A stretch of 44,419 nt of DNA from Bacillota bacterium. Lineage in GTDB: Bacteria > Bacillota > UBA4882 > UBA8346. The translations under genes and the position numbers were made by a program. The stretch's first letter is position 1. Every line of letters starts with the position of its first letter. The DNA is taken from NCBI GenBank assembly GCA_003501365.1, contig DNPP01000050.1:1-44419 (forward strand). The letters are read 5' to 3'. Under the pieces are notes generated by a model. The model saw only the letters and a program-made list of their open reading frames with translations. It searched no databases and was not told the DNA's origin. Below, piece after piece: positions 43,677 to 44,419 of this stretch.

Positions 43677-44419
43677 TTAATAGACTTCAACCTCGGCAAA
43701 TTGCATCCGGTACAAATTCCCGTCATTCGGGTTTTGTCTTAGATTGGTACCATTGACCTTCATATACCTGGCGTTAGTCGCGGTAAAAGTAAAGCTTTGT
43801 ACCGTTCCTGTCGGCAAGCTATACCCGGTTTTGGTCACCACCGTTGTCCAATTGGTATTATCGGTGGAGATTTGGATGGTAAAGTCGATGGGGAACCCAT
43901 AACCGGTATTGGGCGAATCGTTTCTGGGATAAAGGTCAACCCTACTGATTGAACTTGCCGATCCTAAATCCACTTCGATCCATTCGGTATGGTTGCTTGG
44001 AGTACTGTTATTGCTGCTCCAGCCATAGGCTCCCGAAACGGATGACCTTTGTCCGTCAACCGCTTTCGCCGTCCCCCAATCGGAATTTTCGACTGAACTG
44101 GATGTGGTAACAGTCTCATTTAGTGCTTTATTGGAACCGTAAACTTCAAACTCGGCAAACTGCATCCGGTACAAATTCCCGTCACTCGGGTTTTGTCTTA
44201 GATTGGTGCCGTTCACCTTCACATACCTGGCGTTGGTCGCGGTAAAAGTAAAGCTTTGTACCGTTCCCGCCGGTAAGGCATAACCGGTTTTGGTCACCAT
44301 CGTCGTCCAATTGGTATTATCGGTCGAGATTTGGATGGTAAAGTCGATGGGGAACCCATAACCGGTATTAGGCGAATCGTTTCTGGGATAAAGATCAACC
44401 CTACTGATTGAACTTGCCG
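43677..44419 (-). CDS. F5/8 type C (discoidin/CBM32) repeat protein, C-terminal part; 5' end off the window
   Basis: The open frame runs to the window edge, and the track's Met at 44300 is internal. It holds two or more modules: NKALNETVTTSSSVENSDWGTAKAVDGQ...WIEVDLGSASSISRVDLYPRND...NARY(M/V)KVNGTNLRQNP.DGNLYRMQFAE(V/F)EVY. Confidence 0.8.
   Translation of the reverse strand, partial: ASSISRVDLYPRNDSPNTGYGFPIDFTIQISTDNTNWTTMVTKTGYALPAGTVQSFTFTATNARYVKVNGTNLRQNPSDGNLYRMQFAEFEVYGSNKALNETVTTSSSVENSDWGTAKAVDGQRSSVSGAYGWSSNNSTPSNHTEWIEVDLGSASSISRVDLYPRNDSPNTGYGFPIDFTIQISTDNTNWTTVVTKTGYSLPTGTVQSFTFTATNARYMKVNGTNLRQNPNDGNLYRMQFAEVEVY
43680..44419. repeat. Tandem 459-bp coding repeat (about 93% identical by eye)
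   Basis: 43683-43960 aligns without gaps to 44142-44419, with about 20 mismatches in about 278 nt. The offset is 459 bp, or 153 codons. The second copy is cut by the window end. Confidence 0.85.

Noticed and set aside
43680-44419. Regular repeats as a possible CRISPR array or non-coding satellite.
   Set aside because: The period is 459 bp, the repeats are in frame, and they encode complete F5/8 type C modules. There is no short repeat-spacer structure anywhere in the window.

Overview
The window looks like a chromosomal segment from a moderately low-GC, endospore-lineage Firmicute, with about 90% of the coding on the minus strand.

Layout:
- 1-13.7 kb is mostly housekeeping: a GT2 synthase with MshEN modules, sigH, rlmB, mrnC, apt, a DapG-like aspartokinase, argH, a secreted beta-rich protein, a DbpA-type DEAD-box helicase, a Trp T-box with stand-alone TrpB2, and a SAM methyltransferase.
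- 14-44.4 kb is carbohydrate utilisation.
  - A URO-D-family gene sits next to an AraC regulator.
  - A secreted beta-helix protein carries a decayed CBM32 tail.
  - An LplABC-type ABC locus is followed by GH65 phosphorylase, beta-phosphoglucomutase, an AllA-like cupin and GH38 mannosidase, under a divergent YesM/YesN-like two-component system.
  - A second YesM/YesN + SBP + two-permease locus ends in a ~1020-aa glycoside hydrolase.
  - A protein with three lectin-like repeats and an SGNH esterase domain follows.
  - A CBM32-repeat protein runs off the right edge.

Non-coding calls are one Trp T-box, several sigma-A-like promoters, several rho-independent terminators or stem-loops, and one MITE-like inverted-repeat element.

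I found no rRNA, tRNA, CRISPR array, transposase, prophage, toxin-antitoxin or recognisable defence genes. I do not see a clear-cut new multi-gene system.

The least explained items are:
- the 326-bp TIR/TSD-bounded structured element at 9041-9366;
- the structured spacer at 4441-4775;
- the 420-nt leader of the MshEN-GT2 gene;
- the GH65/pgmB/AllA-like/GH38 operon;
- the signal-peptide-less triple-lectin SGNH protein.

The ORF track takes the most upstream ATG/GTG/TTG, so many of its starts are over-extended. I re-called starts where an RBS, a promoter or homology supported it. All family assignments come from reading the translations by eye; no searches were run.
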